A stretch of 33,656 nucleotides of DNA, taken from the NCBI GenBank assembly GCA_039934115.1, contig JBDTMU010000001.1, forward strand, positions 1-33,656, in the 5' to 3' direction. The notes under the pieces are model-generated. The model did not search any database and was not told where the DNA came from. It was given only the letters and a program-made list of their open reading frames with translations. Source of the DNA: Chloroflexota bacterium. GTDB lineage: Bacteria > Chloroflexota > Limnocylindria > QHBO01. Of the stretch, positions 8,116-17,990 are shown piece by piece. Within the stretch, counting starts at the first letter, position 1. Each line of letters starts with the position of its first letter. A program made the translations under genes and the position numbers.

Positions 8116-9543
8116 ATGAACACCATGACCGCGCCGATCGCGACCCTCGAGGACCTGCGAGGACGCCACGCGGTGGTCCTCGGCCTGGCACGCTCCGGGA
8201 CCGCGGTGGCGCGATTGCTGGCCGATGCCGGCGCGGAGGTGGCGGCCTACGACAGGCGACCCGCGACCGAGCTGGTGGAGGCGGTCCAGGCGTTGGGCGG
8301 CCGGCCGGTGCGGCTGGCATTGGGCGTCAGCGCCGACGAGGCACGTGCCCTGATCGCAACGGCCGACCTGCTGGTCACAAGCCCGAGCATCTCGCCCTCG
8401 ATGCCCACCACTGACGCCTGGCTGCGCGCGGCGATCAAGGAGGCGATCGCGCGTGGCGTGGAGCTGGTCAGCGAGGTCGAGCTCTTCCTGCGCCTGACAC
8501 AGGCCCGGGTGCTGGCCGTGACGGGCACCAAGGGCAAGACCACGACCACCTCGCTGATCGGGGCGATCATGGACGCGGCCGGCATGCCACATCTCCTGGG
8601 CGGCAACATCGGCCGGCCGCTGATCGAGGAGGTCGAGCGCCTCGGTGCTGGCGACTGGGCGGTGCTCGAGCTCTCCGAGCTGCAGCTCCCGACCATCTCG
8701 CGCGGTGCGGAGATCGCCGTCTACACCAACATCGGCGCCGATCACCTCGACCGACACGGGACCGAGGAGGCCTATCGAGCAGTCAAGGCTCGGCTCGCCG
8801 AGCTGAGCGTGACCCATGGCCACGTCGTGCTCAACGCGGACGATCCGGGCTGCCGTGAGCTCGGAGCGCGCCTGCCTGCTGCCTCGATCGCGTGGTACGC
8901 CCTCGCGGCCGATGATGCCTGGATGGCGGCGCGCCTGATCGACGGCTGGCTCACGATCCGCGGCGAGCGGGTGCTGGCGGCCGCCGAGGTGCCGATCCCC
9001 GGGCGGCACACACTGGCCGATGCACTGGCGGCTGCCCTGGCCGCCTCGCTCGCCGGAGCCTCCAACGAGGCGATCGCGACCGGCATTCGCGACTTCGGCG
9101 GCGTCCCGCACCGACTGGAGCGGGTGGCGACGCGCCAGGGCGTGGCGTGGGTCAACGACTCGCAGGCGACGATCCCGATGGCGGCGATCGCGGCGCTGGA
9201 CGCCTTCGCGCCGGCCGAGGTGGTGCTGATCGCAGGTGGCCAGGACAAGGGGCTCGACTACGCGGCCTTTGCCGACGCGATCGCCCGTCGCTGCCGCGCG
9301 GCGATCCTGATCGGCGAGACCGGCGACCTGCTCGAGGCGCTGATCGAGCGCCGAGTGCCGGTGGTTCGGGCCGAGGGGATGCGCGATGCGGTCGCGGCGG
9401 CGGCCGCCTGGGCGGTGGCGGGCGACGTGGTCGTGCTCGCCCCGGCCGCCGCCTCGTTCGACATGTTCGACGACTACGCTGCACGTGGCGATGCCTTCCG
9501 CGCCGCTGTCCGCGCCCTTGATGCGGAGGAGCCGGACGCATGA
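8116..9543 (+). CDS. murD: UDP-N-acetylmuramoylalanine--D-glutamate ligase MurD
   Basis: N-terminal Rossmann-like GLARSG, Mur ligase P-loop VTGTKGKTTT, and GGQDKG near the C-terminus. Synteny between mraY and ftsW supports the call. Confidence 0.93.
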   Translation: MNTMTAPIATLEDLRGRHAVVLGLARSGTAVARLLADAGAEVAAYDRRPATELVEAVQALGGRPVRLALGVSADEARALIATADLLVTSPSISPSMPTTDAWLRAAIKEAIARGVELVSEVELFLRLTQARVLAVTGTKGKTTTTSLIGAIMDAAGMPHLLGGNIGRPLIEEVERLGAGDWAVLELSELQLPTISRGAEIAVYTNIGADHLDRHGTEEAYRAVKARLAELSVTHGHVVLNADDPGCRELGARLPAASIAWYALAADDAWMAARLIDGWLTIRGERVLAAAEVPIPGRHTLADALAAALAASLAGASNEAIATGIRDFGGVPHRLERVATRQGVAWVNDSQATIPMAAIAALDAFAPAEVVLIAGGQDKGLDYAAFADAIARRCRAAILIGETGDLLEALIERRVPVVRAEGMRDAVAAAAAWAVAGDVVVLAPAAASFDMFDDYAARGDAFRAAVRALDAEEPDA

Positions 9544-10802
9544 CGGCGATGGCCACCGCCACCACCACTCGTCGCACGGCCCGAGCCGGCGTCCGGCGGG
9601 AGCGCCACGAGGCCTCGTACCCGCTGCTGATCGCGGTCATCGCGCTGGTCGCCATCGGCGTCGTGATGGTCTACTCGGCCTCGAGCGTGCGCTCGTACAT
9701 CTCCACCTCGGACCCGGGCAGCCAGGGGTTCCAGCAGGGGATCTGGGCGGCGCTGGGGCTGGTGCTCATGTTCGCCGCCAGCCGCACCGACTTCCGCGTG
9801 CTGCGCTACACCGCGATCCCGGTCTTCGTGCTGACCATGGCGCTCCTGGCCATCGTCCTGGTGCCAGGCATCGGCACCTCGGCATTCGGCTCACGACGCT
9901 GGCTGTTCCTGCCGGGGATCGGTGGCTTCCAGCCCGCCGAGCTCGCCAAGCTGGCGGTCTGCCTGTACCTCGCCCACTGGTTGGATCGGCGTGGGACCGC
10001 GGCACGCGGGCTGGCCAACGGCCTGCTGCCGTTCGTGATCCTTGTTGCGCCCGGCTTTTTCCTGATCGCGCTCGAGCCGGACCTGGGGACGGCCGGGGTT
10101 TACGCCGCCGCGTCGCTGGCCATCTTCTTCATGGCCGGCGCCAACCTGCTCTACCTGGGCGCCGTCGGCGCGGCGGTGATGGGCGCCGCCTACCACATGG
10201 TGACCCAGACGGAGTACCAGCTCCACCGAATCAACAGTTTCCTCGACCCATTCAGCGACCCACTGAAGCACGGCTACAACGCCGTGCAGTCGCTGATGGC
10301 ATTGGCCCTCGGCGGCATCACCGGCGCCGGGCTCGGCGCCAGCCGGCAGAAGTATCTCTATCTGCCGGCCCCGTCGACCGACTTCATCTTCGCCATCATC
10401 GGCGAGGAGTGGGGGCTGATCGGGACCCTGACCGTGCTCGCCCTGTTCGTGATGGTGGCCTACCAGGGCTACCGGATCGCGATCCATGCGCCCGATACCT
10501 TCTCCGGCCTCCTGGCCGCGGGGATCACCACCTGGCTGGTCGCCCAGGCCTGCATCAACATGATGGTCGTCACCGCGCTGCTGCCGGTCACCGGCATCCC
10601 GCTCCCGTTCATCAGCTACGGTGGCTCGGCCCTCATCATCAACCTCGTGGCGGTCGGCATCCTGTTGTCGATCTCCCGCGAGACCACGCAGACAGGATCA
10701 ATGCTTGATGCGGTGTTCGGTGTCGGGCGGCGGGACAGGCGGGCACATCTACCCCGCGCTGGCCGTCGCAAGGGCACTGCGCGACGCGCAGCCCGAGCTT
10801 GA
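9540..10802 (+). CDS. ftsW: SEDS-family peptidoglycan glycosyltransferase FtsW
   Basis: ATGA overlap with murD. About 10 TM segments. Motifs QPAELAKLA, DFIFAIIGEEWG and PFISYGGSA. The Arg-rich 3' tail overlaps the start of murG. Confidence 0.92.
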   Translation: MTAMATATTTRRTARAGVRRERHEASYPLLIAVIALVAIGVVMVYSASSVRSYISTSDPGSQGFQQGIWAALGLVLMFAASRTDFRVLRYTAIPVFVLTMALLAIVLVPGIGTSAFGSRRWLFLPGIGGFQPAELAKLAVCLYLAHWLDRRGTAARGLANGLLPFVILVAPGFFLIALEPDLGTAGVYAAASLAIFFMAGANLLYLGAVGAAVMGAAYHMVTQTEYQLHRINSFLDPFSDPLKHGYNAVQSLMALALGGITGAGLGASRQKYLYLPAPSTDFIFAIIGEEWGLIGTLTVLALFVMVAYQGYRIAIHAPDTFSGLLAAGITTWLVAQACINMMVVTALLPVTGIPLPFISYGGSALIINLVAVGILLSISRETTQTGSMLDAVFGVGRRDRRAHLPRAGRRKGTARRAARA

Positions 10803-11832
10803 GGTCAGCTACATCGGCGGCGCGCGGGGTCTCGAGCGCACCCTCGTCGCCAATGGCGAGTTGCCCTACCACCAGCTGGTGGTCCGTTCATTGCGCAGCA
10901 CCGGCGCCGATCTCCACCTCGTGCTCGACCCGCTCCGCCTGGCGGCGTCCGTGCCCCAGGCATGGCGGCTCCTCGGCCGGCTGCGCCCGGCCGTCATCTT
11001 TACTACGGGCGGATACCTGGCCCTTCCCCTGGTCTCAGCAGCCCGCGCCCGCGGCATTCCGAGTCTCTTGTGGGAGGGGAACGTGATCCCGGGCCGGGCG
11101 ACGGCGACGGTCGCTCGCCTTGCCACGCGAGTGGCGGTCTCCTTCCCCCCAACCCTCGATGCGTTTCCCGGACGCAGCTTCGTCTCGGGCACACCCATCC
11201 GCTCATTCGCCGGGATCGACCGCGCTGCCGCTCGCGCCTCGTTCGGGGTGGCGCCGGACGAGCGCCTGCTGCTCGTCTTCGGCGGATCGCAGGCCGTCGC
11301 CCGCATCACTGCTGCCCTCGATGCCGCGCTCGAGCGGCTCCTGCCTGATTGGCGAATCCTGCACCTCGCCGGGCCGACGGGGATGCCCGCTGCGCTCGGC
11401 ATGCGCGGACGGCTCCCCGAGGCCCTCGCCGAACGGTATGAGCCGATCGCATTCCTGACCGATCGGATGGCTGAGGCACTGGTTGCCAGCGACCTCGTGC
11501 TTGGACGCGCCGGCTCGTCGACCTGCGCCGAGGTGGCCGCGGTGGGGGTCGCCTCAATCCTGGTCCCATATCCTCACGCGGCCGGCCACCAGCAGGCGAA
11601 TGCGGCCTGGCTCGCCAACCAGGGAGCCGCGGTGATGGTGCCGGACGCGGAGCTCGACGGGGACCGGCTGGTGGCCGATGCAAGGGCTCTGCTCGACGAT
11701 GAGCATCGGGCCAGGATCGGCGAGAAAGCGAGAGCGCTGGCCCGGCCGGACGCCGCGCGCCTCCTGGCCGAGGAGCTGCTGGCGATGGGGGAGGGACGGC
11801 CGCTGCCATCGCTGACCGGGACGGCTGGTTGA
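10708..11832 (+). CDS. murG: UDP-N-acetylglucosamine--N-acetylmuramyl-(pentapeptide) pyrophosphoryl-undecaprenol GlcNAc transferase MurG
   Basis: N-terminal [15 protein letters not shown] begins 6 codons after the ATG at 10708. [11 protein letters not shown] is also present. The ORF track start at 10621 would add a non-homologous Arg/Ser-rich extension, so 10708 is preferred. Confidence 0.9.
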   Translation: MRCSVSGGGTGGHIYPALAVARALRDAQPELEVSYIGGARGLERTLVANGELPYHQLVVRSLRSTGADLHLVLDPLRLAASVPQAWRLLGRLRPAVIFTTGGYLALPLVSAARARGIPSLLWEGNVIPGRATATVARLATRVAVSFPPTLDAFPGRSFVSGTPIRSFAGIDRAAARASFGVAPDERLLLVFGGSQAVARITAALDAALERLLPDWRILHLAGPTGMPAALGMRGRLPEALAERYEPIAFLTDRMAEALVASDLVLGRAGSSTCAEVAAVGVASILVPYPHAAGHQQANAAWLANQGAAVMVPDAELDGDRLVADARALLDDEHRARIGEKARALARPDAARLLAEELLAMGEGRPLPSLTGTAG

Positions 11833-12791
11833 CGGTCATGGCGCAGATCAACGCCGCCGATCTCCAGCACCTCGATGCCCTGGCTGCCGAGCGGGGGATC
11901 GACCTGTCCGTGGATGCGCCGATGGCGCCGCTCACCACGCTGCGGGTCGGGGGAACGGCCGACCGGCTGGTCGAGGTGCACAGCCGTGACGAGCTGGTAG
12001 CGGCGCTCGGGCTCGCGCGCGACGCGCAGGTTCCCTGGTTCGTCCTCGGCAACGGCAGCGACGTGGTGGTCGCCGACGCCGGGATCCGCGGCCTCGTGAT
12101 CCGCAACCGGGCGAGGAGCATGGGGATCGACGGCCAACAGCTGCACGCCGACGCGGGCACGCCGATGGCGCTCCTCGTGCGCCGCTGCACCACGGCGGGC
12201 CTGGCAGGCCTGGAGTTCGGCACGAGCATCCCCGGCACGCTTGGCGGCGCCGTCTGGGCCAACGCCGGGGCGCATGGCCGCGAGATGCGGGACGTGGTCG
12301 AGACGATCGAGGCCTGGAGTCCCGCGGACGGGACGGTCGCCAGCCTCGACGCGGCCGCGTGTCATTTCGCCTATCGCGAATCTCGCTTCAAGCACACCCC
12401 CGAGGTGGTCGTGGCGGCGATCCTCGCCCTCGACAGCGACGCGCCGGACGCGATCGCCGGCCGAGTAACGGAGAACCAGGCGCAGCGCGTTGCCACCCAG
12501 CCCCTCGCCGACCAGAACGCGGGGAGCGTCTTCCGCAACCCGCCGAACGACCACGCCGGCCGCCTCATCGACGCCGCCGGCCTGAAGGGGCTGCGCATCG
12601 GCACCGCCAGCGTCAGCACGCTGCATGCGAATTTCATCGTGACCGATCGCGGCGGCCGCGCCGCCGATGTGCGCGCGCTGGGCGATCACGTCCGGACCGA
12701 GGTCAGCGCGCGATTCGGGATCGATCTCGCCTACGAGATCGAGTTCGTCGGCGACTGGGCAACGGCGTCCAATGCCGAGGGTGCGGCATGA
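11829..12791 (+). CDS. murB: UDP-N-acetylenolpyruvoylglucosamine reductase MurB
   Basis: FAD-binding PCMH-type N-terminus ([25 protein letters not shown]) and AGSVFRNP. The TTG at 11829 overlaps the murG stop; the ATG at 11838 is an alternative start. Confidence 0.9.
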   Translation: MTVMAQINAADLQHLDALAAERGIDLSVDAPMAPLTTLRVGGTADRLVEVHSRDELVAALGLARDAQVPWFVLGNGSDVVVADAGIRGLVIRNRARSMGIDGQQLHADAGTPMALLVRRCTTAGLAGLEFGTSIPGTLGGAVWANAGAHGREMRDVVETIEAWSPADGTVASLDAAACHFAYRESRFKHTPEVVVAAILALDSDAPDAIAGRVTENQAQRVATQPLADQNAGSVFRNPPNDHAGRLIDAAGLKGLRIGTASVSTLHANFIVTDRGGRAADVRALGDHVRTEVSARFGIDLAYEIEFVGDWATASNAEGAA

Positions 12792-13939
12792 CCGGGCGCC
12801 TCCGGGTCGGCATCTTCGCCGGTGGCCGGTCCGCGGAGCACGAGGTGAGCGTGAGCTCGGCGGACGCGGTCCTGCGGGCGATCGATCGCGACCGATTCGA
12901 GCCGTACCTGGTGTACATCGACCGCGACGGGCGCTGGCACTTGCCCGCCGGCCCGGCGCCGCTGCTCGGCGACGAGCCGCTGGCCCAGCTGCTGGGAGCC
13001 TCCACGCCCGCTGAGCAGACGAGCCTGCTGCGCGCGCACGCAGACATGCCACTCAGCGTCGCCGACGATCGCGCCGAGCTCGCGCCGCGGGCCGTCCTGC
13101 GCTCCCTGGCCGAGGCGATCGACGTCGCCTTCCTGGCGTTGCACGGTCCGTTCGGCGAGGACGGCACCCTGCAGGGGTTCCTCGAGATGGCCGGTATCCC
13201 ATACACCGGGGCCGGCGTGATGGCGAGCGCGGTGGCGATGGACAAGGTCGTCTTCAAGGACCTGATGCGAGGCCACGGGCTGCCAGTGGTCGACTATGCC
13301 TGGTTCCGTCGCGCCGCCTGGCGCCGAGCCCCGCAACGCGTGCTGGGCGATATCGCCGAGGCGGTGGGGGAGCGTTCGGTGGTCAAGCCCGCGCGGCTGG
13401 GGAGCAGCGTCGGCATGACCCTGGTCCACGGCCCCGCCGAGCTTCCCGATGCACTCGACGAGGCGTTTCGCTACGACAGCAAGGTGATCGTCGAGGCGTA
13501 CGTCGCAGGCGCCCGCGAGCTGGAATGCGGGGTGCTCGGCAATGACGAACCGCTCGTCTTCGAGCCGGGCGAGGTGATCAGCCACCACGAGTGGTACGAC
13601 TACGAGGCCAAGTATGTGCCCGGGCTGGCCGATGTCGTGCCCGCGGCCCAGGTCGATCCGGAGCTTGCAGCGCGTGTCAAGGAGCTGGCGCTGGCCGCCT
13701 ATCGGGCCGTCGACTGCGCCGGCCTGGCGCGCGTCGACTTCCTGGCCCCGCGCGATGGGGTCTACCTCTCGGAGATGAACACGCTGCCGGGCTTCACGGC
13801 AACCAGCATGTACCCGAAGCAGGCCGAGCTGGCGGGCCTCGCCTTCCCGGAGCTCATCGCTCGGCTCATCGACCTTGGGCTGGAATCAGCTCAAGAGGGG
13901 CGAACGCCGGGCATGGGCGACTCGCCTGGTGAGGGATGA
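12788..13939 (+). CDS. ddl: D-alanine--D-alanine ligase
   Basis: ATGA overlap with murB. Motifs RVGIFAGGRSAEHEVS, HGPFGEDGTLQGFLEMAGIPYTG and ATP-grasp EMNTLPGFT. Confidence 0.93.
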   Translation: MTGRLRVGIFAGGRSAEHEVSVSSADAVLRAIDRDRFEPYLVYIDRDGRWHLPAGPAPLLGDEPLAQLLGASTPAEQTSLLRAHADMPLSVADDRAELAPRAVLRSLAEAIDVAFLALHGPFGEDGTLQGFLEMAGIPYTGAGVMASAVAMDKVVFKDLMRGHGLPVVDYAWFRRAAWRRAPQRVLGDIAEAVGERSVVKPARLGSSVGMTLVHGPAELPDALDEAFRYDSKVIVEAYVAGARELECGVLGNDEPLVFEPGEVISHHEWYDYEAKYVPGLADVVPAAQVDPELAARVKELALAAYRAVDCAGLARVDFLAPRDGVYLSEMNTLPGFTATSMYPKQAELAGLAFPELIARLIDLGLESAQEGRTPGMGDSPGEG

Positions 13940-14793
13940 CGCGCCGCTCGACGACGTCACGCCGGCGCTCATCGGCTCATGCCCGCCGTCCCCGCGCGCC
14001 GCTTCGCAGGCGCGTCCGGGGCGCACTACCGGCCCCCGGTAGGATCGCCGCCGGGTTGCTGACCGCGGTTCTGATCGGCGGGCTGCTGGCCCTCGTCAAC
14101 GGGCCCTGGCTGCGGGTCGACAGGGTCGCCTGGGCGGGCGAGCGATTCACTCCGGACACCCAGCTGCAGCAGGCGCTGGCGTCGCTCGACGGAAGCCGCC
14201 TGCTCGCGGTCGATTCCACCGCGGTGGCCGCGAAGATCCAGCGCCTGCCCGCCGTCTCGCGGGCGACGGTGGAGGCGGTCCTCCCCGACGCGGTCCGGGT
14301 TCACATCGTGGAGAAGGTGCCGACCTTCGTCTGGCAGACGAGCGCGGTGCGACTGGTCGGCGTGGCCGATGGCACGCTGATCGGCCAGCTCGCGCTGGAG
14401 GCGGATCTGCCCGCCGACCTCGCCGCGCTGCCGCTCATCGACGACGATCGCGTCCAGGGCCGGAGCCTCATCGTGGGCGATCGGATCGATCCGTCCAGCC
14501 TCGCCGCCGCGCTGCGCCTGTCGGAGGTCGATCCTGCGGCCCTCGGGTCGACCGCGGTCGACCTGGACGTGCGCCTGACCGACAACGACGGCTTCCTGCT
14601 GGTGTCGGCTCAGCCCACCTGGCTGGCTGATTTCGGCCTCTACCCGAGCTCCGATTTCGGTCAGCCCGGAGCGCTCCAGGAGCGGGTCGAGGCACAGGTC
14701 ACGGCGGTCCGCACCCTCTTCTCAATCGAGGCTGAGGCGACGATCGGGTGGGTCGATGCTCGCGACCCCCGGAGGGTATATTGGCGCCCGTAG
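13936..14793 (+). CDS. ftsQ: cell division protein FtsQ/DivIB
   Basis: ATGA overlap with ddl. Arg-rich N-terminus, single TM (AAGLLTAVLIGGLLALV), then a POTRA-like segment (LRVDRVAWAGERFTPDTQLQQAL ... VRVHIVEKVP). Synteny between ddl and ftsA supports the call. Confidence 0.8.
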   Translation: MTRRSTTSRRRSSAHARRPRAPLRRRVRGALPAPGRIAAGLLTAVLIGGLLALVNGPWLRVDRVAWAGERFTPDTQLQQALASLDGSRLLAVDSTAVAAKIQRLPAVSRATVEAVLPDAVRVHIVEKVPTFVWQTSAVRLVGVADGTLIGQLALEADLPADLAALPLIDDDRVQGRSLIVGDRIDPSSLAAALRLSEVDPAALGSTAVDLDVRLTDNDGFLLVSAQPTWLADFGLYPSSDFGQPGALQERVEAQVTAVRTLFSIEAEATIGWVDARDPRRVYWRP

Positions 14794-14847
14794 AATCCGC
14801 GGCTGGGTCGAGACCGGCCAGCGCGGCGCACGCAGGATGCATCTCCG

Positions 14848-15171
14848 ATGTGGCTTGCCCTGGGAGGCCTGGCCCTAGGCGTGGCGCTCGGCCTGGCGCT
14901 GAACGTGAACGTCAGCCCGGACCTGGCGCGCTACAGCGCGGTCGGCATCTTGGCCGGCCTCGACTCGGTGCTGGGCGCCATTCGGGCCGAGCTGGATGCC
15001 CACTACGACAACCGAGTCTTCATCTCCGGATTCGTGACCAACGCCCTGGTGGCGGTGGCCCTCACCTTCGTAGGGGATCGGCTCGGCATCGACCTCTATC
15101 TGGTTGCGCTGTTCGCCTTCGGGCTGCGCATCTTCCAAAACGTGGCACTCATTCGCCGCCACTTCCTGTAG
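14848..15171 (+). CDS. sbp: small basic membrane protein Sbp (DUF1290 family)
   Basis: 107 aa. It aligns along its length (from memory) to Bacillus subtilis Sbp, which lies upstream of ftsA. Matching segments include MWL..GL.LG...GL, LDS.LGAIRA, YD..VF.SGF and LYL...FAFG.R.FQN.A.IRR. Confidence 0.85.
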   Translation: MWLALGGLALGVALGLALNVNVSPDLARYSAVGILAGLDSVLGAIRAELDAHYDNRVFISGFVTNALVAVALTFVGDRLGIDLYLVALFAFGLRIFQNVALIRRHFL

Positions 15172-15222
15172 GCTCGGACGCACCCGTGCCGCGGAAGAGC
15201 GGCGGGACGTACGGGAGGTAGC

Positions 15223-16461
15223 TTGGACAGGGAGACGGTCCTCGTCGGCATCGACGCCGGCACGACCAAGGTGACGACCCTCATCGGCGAGGTCAGCCGA
15301 GGTGGCGACGTCAACATCATCGGCTATGGGATCGCCCCTTCGGCCGGGATGAAGAAGGGGATGGTCGCCAACATCGACCAGACCGTGAACTCCATCGCCG
15401 CCAGCCTGGAGAAGGCTGAGCGCCTGTCGGGCTACAAGATCAGCTCTGCCTTCGTCTCCGTCGGCGGCAGCCACATCAGCAGCCAGAACAGCCGAGGCGT
15501 GGTGGCCGTCTCCGGCCACAAGCGCGAGGTGAGCCGCGAGGACGTGGCCCGCGCGACCGAGGCCGCCAAGGCGATCCAGGTCCCCTCAAATCGCGAGATC
15601 CTGCATGTCATCCCGCGCGGCTACATCGTCGACGGCCAGGAGGGCATCAAGGACCCGCTCGGCATGAGCGCCGTTCGCCTCGAGGTCGAGACCCACATCG
15701 TGGCCGGCGCAGCCACGTCCGTCCAGAACCTGTCGAAGTGCATCGCCAACGCCAACGTCGAGATCGACGAGCTGGTGATCAGCTCGCTGGCGTCCGCCGA
15801 GGCGACCCTCACCGACACCGAGAAGGAGCTGGGCGTGATGGTCGCCGACATCGGCGGCGGCACCACCGACCTGGCGATCTTCACCGATGGCGCGGTCTAC
15901 CACTCTGCCGTCCTGCCGGTGGGCGCCATCAATGTCACCAACGACGTGGCGATCGGGCTGCGCACCAGCCTCGACCTGGCGGAGGAGATCAAGATCAAGC
16001 ACGGCTCCGCCAACCTGGCCGATATCGCCCCCGAGGAGCTGCTCAACGTGGCGGTCCTCGGCGAGGGCGGCGGGCAGACGATCCAGCGCAAGAAGCTGTG
16101 CGAGATCATCGAGGCCCGCATGAGCGAGATCTATTCGCTCATCGGCGAGGAGGTCAAGCGCTCGGGCCACGCGGGCTTGCTGCCGGCCGGCGTCGTGCTG
16201 ACCGGTGGCGGCGCGCGGCTCGGCGGCGTCGCGGAGCTCGCCCGCGAGGTCCTCCAGATGCCGGTGCGGGTGGCGTCGCCGCAGGGGGTCGGCGGGCTGA
16301 TGGACCAGCTCTCCAACCCGGCCTTCAGCACCTCGATCGGTCTGCTCCTGTGGGGCGCTCACCACATCGGCAGCGAGCCGATCAGCTTCACCACCGGGTC
16401 GCCGATCGGCGGCGGCGTCGGGCGCTTCATGGACTGGCTGCGAGGCCTCTTCCCCGGCTGA
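15223..16461 (+). CDS. ftsA: cell division protein FtsA
   Basis: TTG start with GGGAGG about 6 nt upstream. Actin-fold phosphate motifs GIDAGTTKV and DIGGGTTDLA. C-terminal amphipathic tail GRFMDWLRGLFPG. Confidence 0.95.
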   Translation: MDRETVLVGIDAGTTKVTTLIGEVSRGGDVNIIGYGIAPSAGMKKGMVANIDQTVNSIAASLEKAERLSGYKISSAFVSVGGSHISSQNSRGVVAVSGHKREVSREDVARATEAAKAIQVPSNREILHVIPRGYIVDGQEGIKDPLGMSAVRLEVETHIVAGAATSVQNLSKCIANANVEIDELVISSLASAEATLTDTEKELGVMVADIGGGTTDLAIFTDGAVYHSAVLPVGAINVTNDVAIGLRTSLDLAEEIKIKHGSANLADIAPEELLNVAVLGEGGGQTIQRKKLCEIIEARMSEIYSLIGEEVKRSGHAGLLPAGVVLTGGGARLGGVAELAREVLQMPVRVASPQGVGGLMDQLSNPAFSTSIGLLLWGAHHIGSEPISFTTGSPIGGGVGRFMDWLRGLFPG

Positions 16462-16529
16462 TCGACCGTCGGCCACGGCTCCCGGGTGTGGAGCGACCGC
16501 CGATCCCTCCACCACGATTTCGACGGCTG

Positions 16530-16592
16530 TGGACAACTCGGCGGGCGTATGTGGATAAATCGGCAACGCCGCGTCGGCCGGGTCGGTAGAAT
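16530..16592 (+). promoter_or_regulatory. candidate tandem promoters for ftsZ in the ftsA-ftsZ spacer
   Basis: TGGACA (16530-16535)-N18-GATAAA (16554-16559), plus a second isolated -10-like TAGAAT (16587-16592). Both AT-rich boxes are followed by the same AATCGG. No good -35 is seen for the second box. Confidence 0.3.
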
Positions 16593-16660
16593 CGGTCAGA
16601 CCCGCGCGAGCTCCGGGTTCGCCCAGCAAGCAGCCAGCACCTTGTGCAGGAGAACCCCCC

Positions 16661-17920
16661 ATGCCGCTCCGTTCGGACGCCGAGCACTTCGCACTGATCA
16701 AGGTCATCGGGGTCGGTGGCGGCGGGTCGAATGCCGTCAACCGGATGATCCGGGCCGAGATGATGGGGGTCGAGTTCATCGCGGTGAACACCGACGCCCA
16801 GGCGCTCCTGCAGAGCGACGCCCCGCACAAGATCCGCATCGGCGACAAGATCACGCGGGGCCTCGGCGCAGGTGCGGACCCGATGGTTGGCCAGCGAGCG
16901 GCCGAGGAGGACAGCGAGAAGATCTACGAGGCTCTCAAGGACGCCGACATGATCTTCATCACCGCCGGCATGGGCGGTGGCACCGGCTCCGGGGCGGCCC
17001 ACGTCATCGCCGAGATCGCCAAGGACCTTGGCGCGCTGACGGTCGGCGTCATCACCAAGCCGTTCAGCTTCGAGGGGGTCCGCCGCAAGCTGGTGGCGGA
17101 GCAGTTCAGCGAGCTGCTCAAGGACAAGTGCGACACCCTCATCACCATTCCGAACGATCGTCTGCGCGAGGTGGTCGACAAGAAGACCAGCATCCTCGAC
17201 GCCTTCCGGGTGGTGGACGACGTGCTGCGCCAGGGCGTTCAGGGCATCAGCGACCTGATCACCGTGCCGGGCCTCATCAACCTCGACTTCGCCGACGTCA
17301 AGACGATCATGCGCGACGCAGGGTCGAGCATGATGGGGATCGGCATCGGCACCGGCGACAACCGGGCGGTCGAGGCCGCCCGGGCGGCGGTCATGAGCCC
17401 GCTTCTGGAGGTCAACATCACCGGGGCGCGCGGGATCCTGTTCAACGTGACCGGCGGCAGCGACCTCGGCCTGTTCGAGGTCAACGAGGCGGCCGAGGTG
17501 ATCAAGGAGGCAGCGGATCCCGAGGCCAACATCATCTTCGGCACGGTGATCGACGACCGGATGCGGGACGAGGTCAAGGTGACCGTCATCGCCACCGGCT
17601 TCGACGCCACCCGCAAGCCGCGACCGGCGGGGCGCGCAGTCACCGCCTCGAGCGGGGTTGCGACCGGTATCGAGGCGTCGCTCGATGAGCGGAGCCGCGA
17701 GATCCTGGCCGAGATCGAGCGTGACCGCGCCGAGCGCCAGGCATTGGAGGACCAGATGCCCGAGGCGTCGCCCTTCGCCGTCGGCGAGAAGCCGGCCGAG
17801 ACGACTACCCGGTCCACCGACCGGCAGCCGATCCCGGTGCGTGGCGGTGGGCTTGATCGCCCGAGCTACGGCGAGACCGACCTCGACATCCCCTCCTTCC
17901 TTCGGCGCAAGAGCGAATAG
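16661..17920 (+). CDS. ftsZ: cell division GTPase FtsZ
   Basis: AGGAGA lies 7 nt upstream of the ATG. Motifs [10 protein letters not shown], the tubulin signature GGGTGSGAA, and the conserved C-terminal peptide [11 protein letters not shown]. Confidence 0.98.
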   Translation: MPLRSDAEHFALIKVIGVGGGGSNAVNRMIRAEMMGVEFIAVNTDAQALLQSDAPHKIRIGDKITRGLGAGADPMVGQRAAEEDSEKIYEALKDADMIFITAGMGGGTGSGAAHVIAEIAKDLGALTVGVITKPFSFEGVRRKLVAEQFSELLKDKCDTLITIPNDRLREVVDKKTSILDAFRVVDDVLRQGVQGISDLITVPGLINLDFADVKTIMRDAGSSMMGIGIGTGDNRAVEAARAAVMSPLLEVNITGARGILFNVTGGSDLGLFEVNEAAEVIKEAADPEANIIFGTVIDDRMRDEVKVTVIATGFDATRKPRPAGRAVTASSGVATGIEASLDERSREILAEIERDRAERQALEDQMPEASPFAVGEKPAETTTRSTDRQPIPVRGGGLDRPSYGETDLDIPSFLRRKSE

Positions 17921-17939
17921 CGACCGTCATGGACCGATG

Positions 17940-17972
17940 CGCCCCGGCCAGCCGGCCGGGGCGTTCGCTTCT
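17940..17972 (+). terminator. GC-rich hairpin (possible intrinsic terminator or attenuator) after ftsZ
   Basis: A 10-bp perfect stem (17940-17949 pairs with 17954-17963) with the 4-nt loop AGCC, followed by TTCGCTTCT. The U-tract is weak. Confidence 0.4.
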
Positions 17973-17990
17973 CGTCCGCACACCGCCGCG

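Noticed and set aside
16486-17688. 400-aa + strand ORF overlapping ftsZ in another frame. Similar cases are 9386..10708 over ftsW, 15738..16589 over ftsA and 12359..12787 upstream of ddl.
   Set aside because: These are out-of-frame or upstream extensions of real genes with Arg/Gly/Pro-rich nonsense-like sequence. The true starts were placed where family homology begins and where stop-start overlaps with the upstream gene occur.
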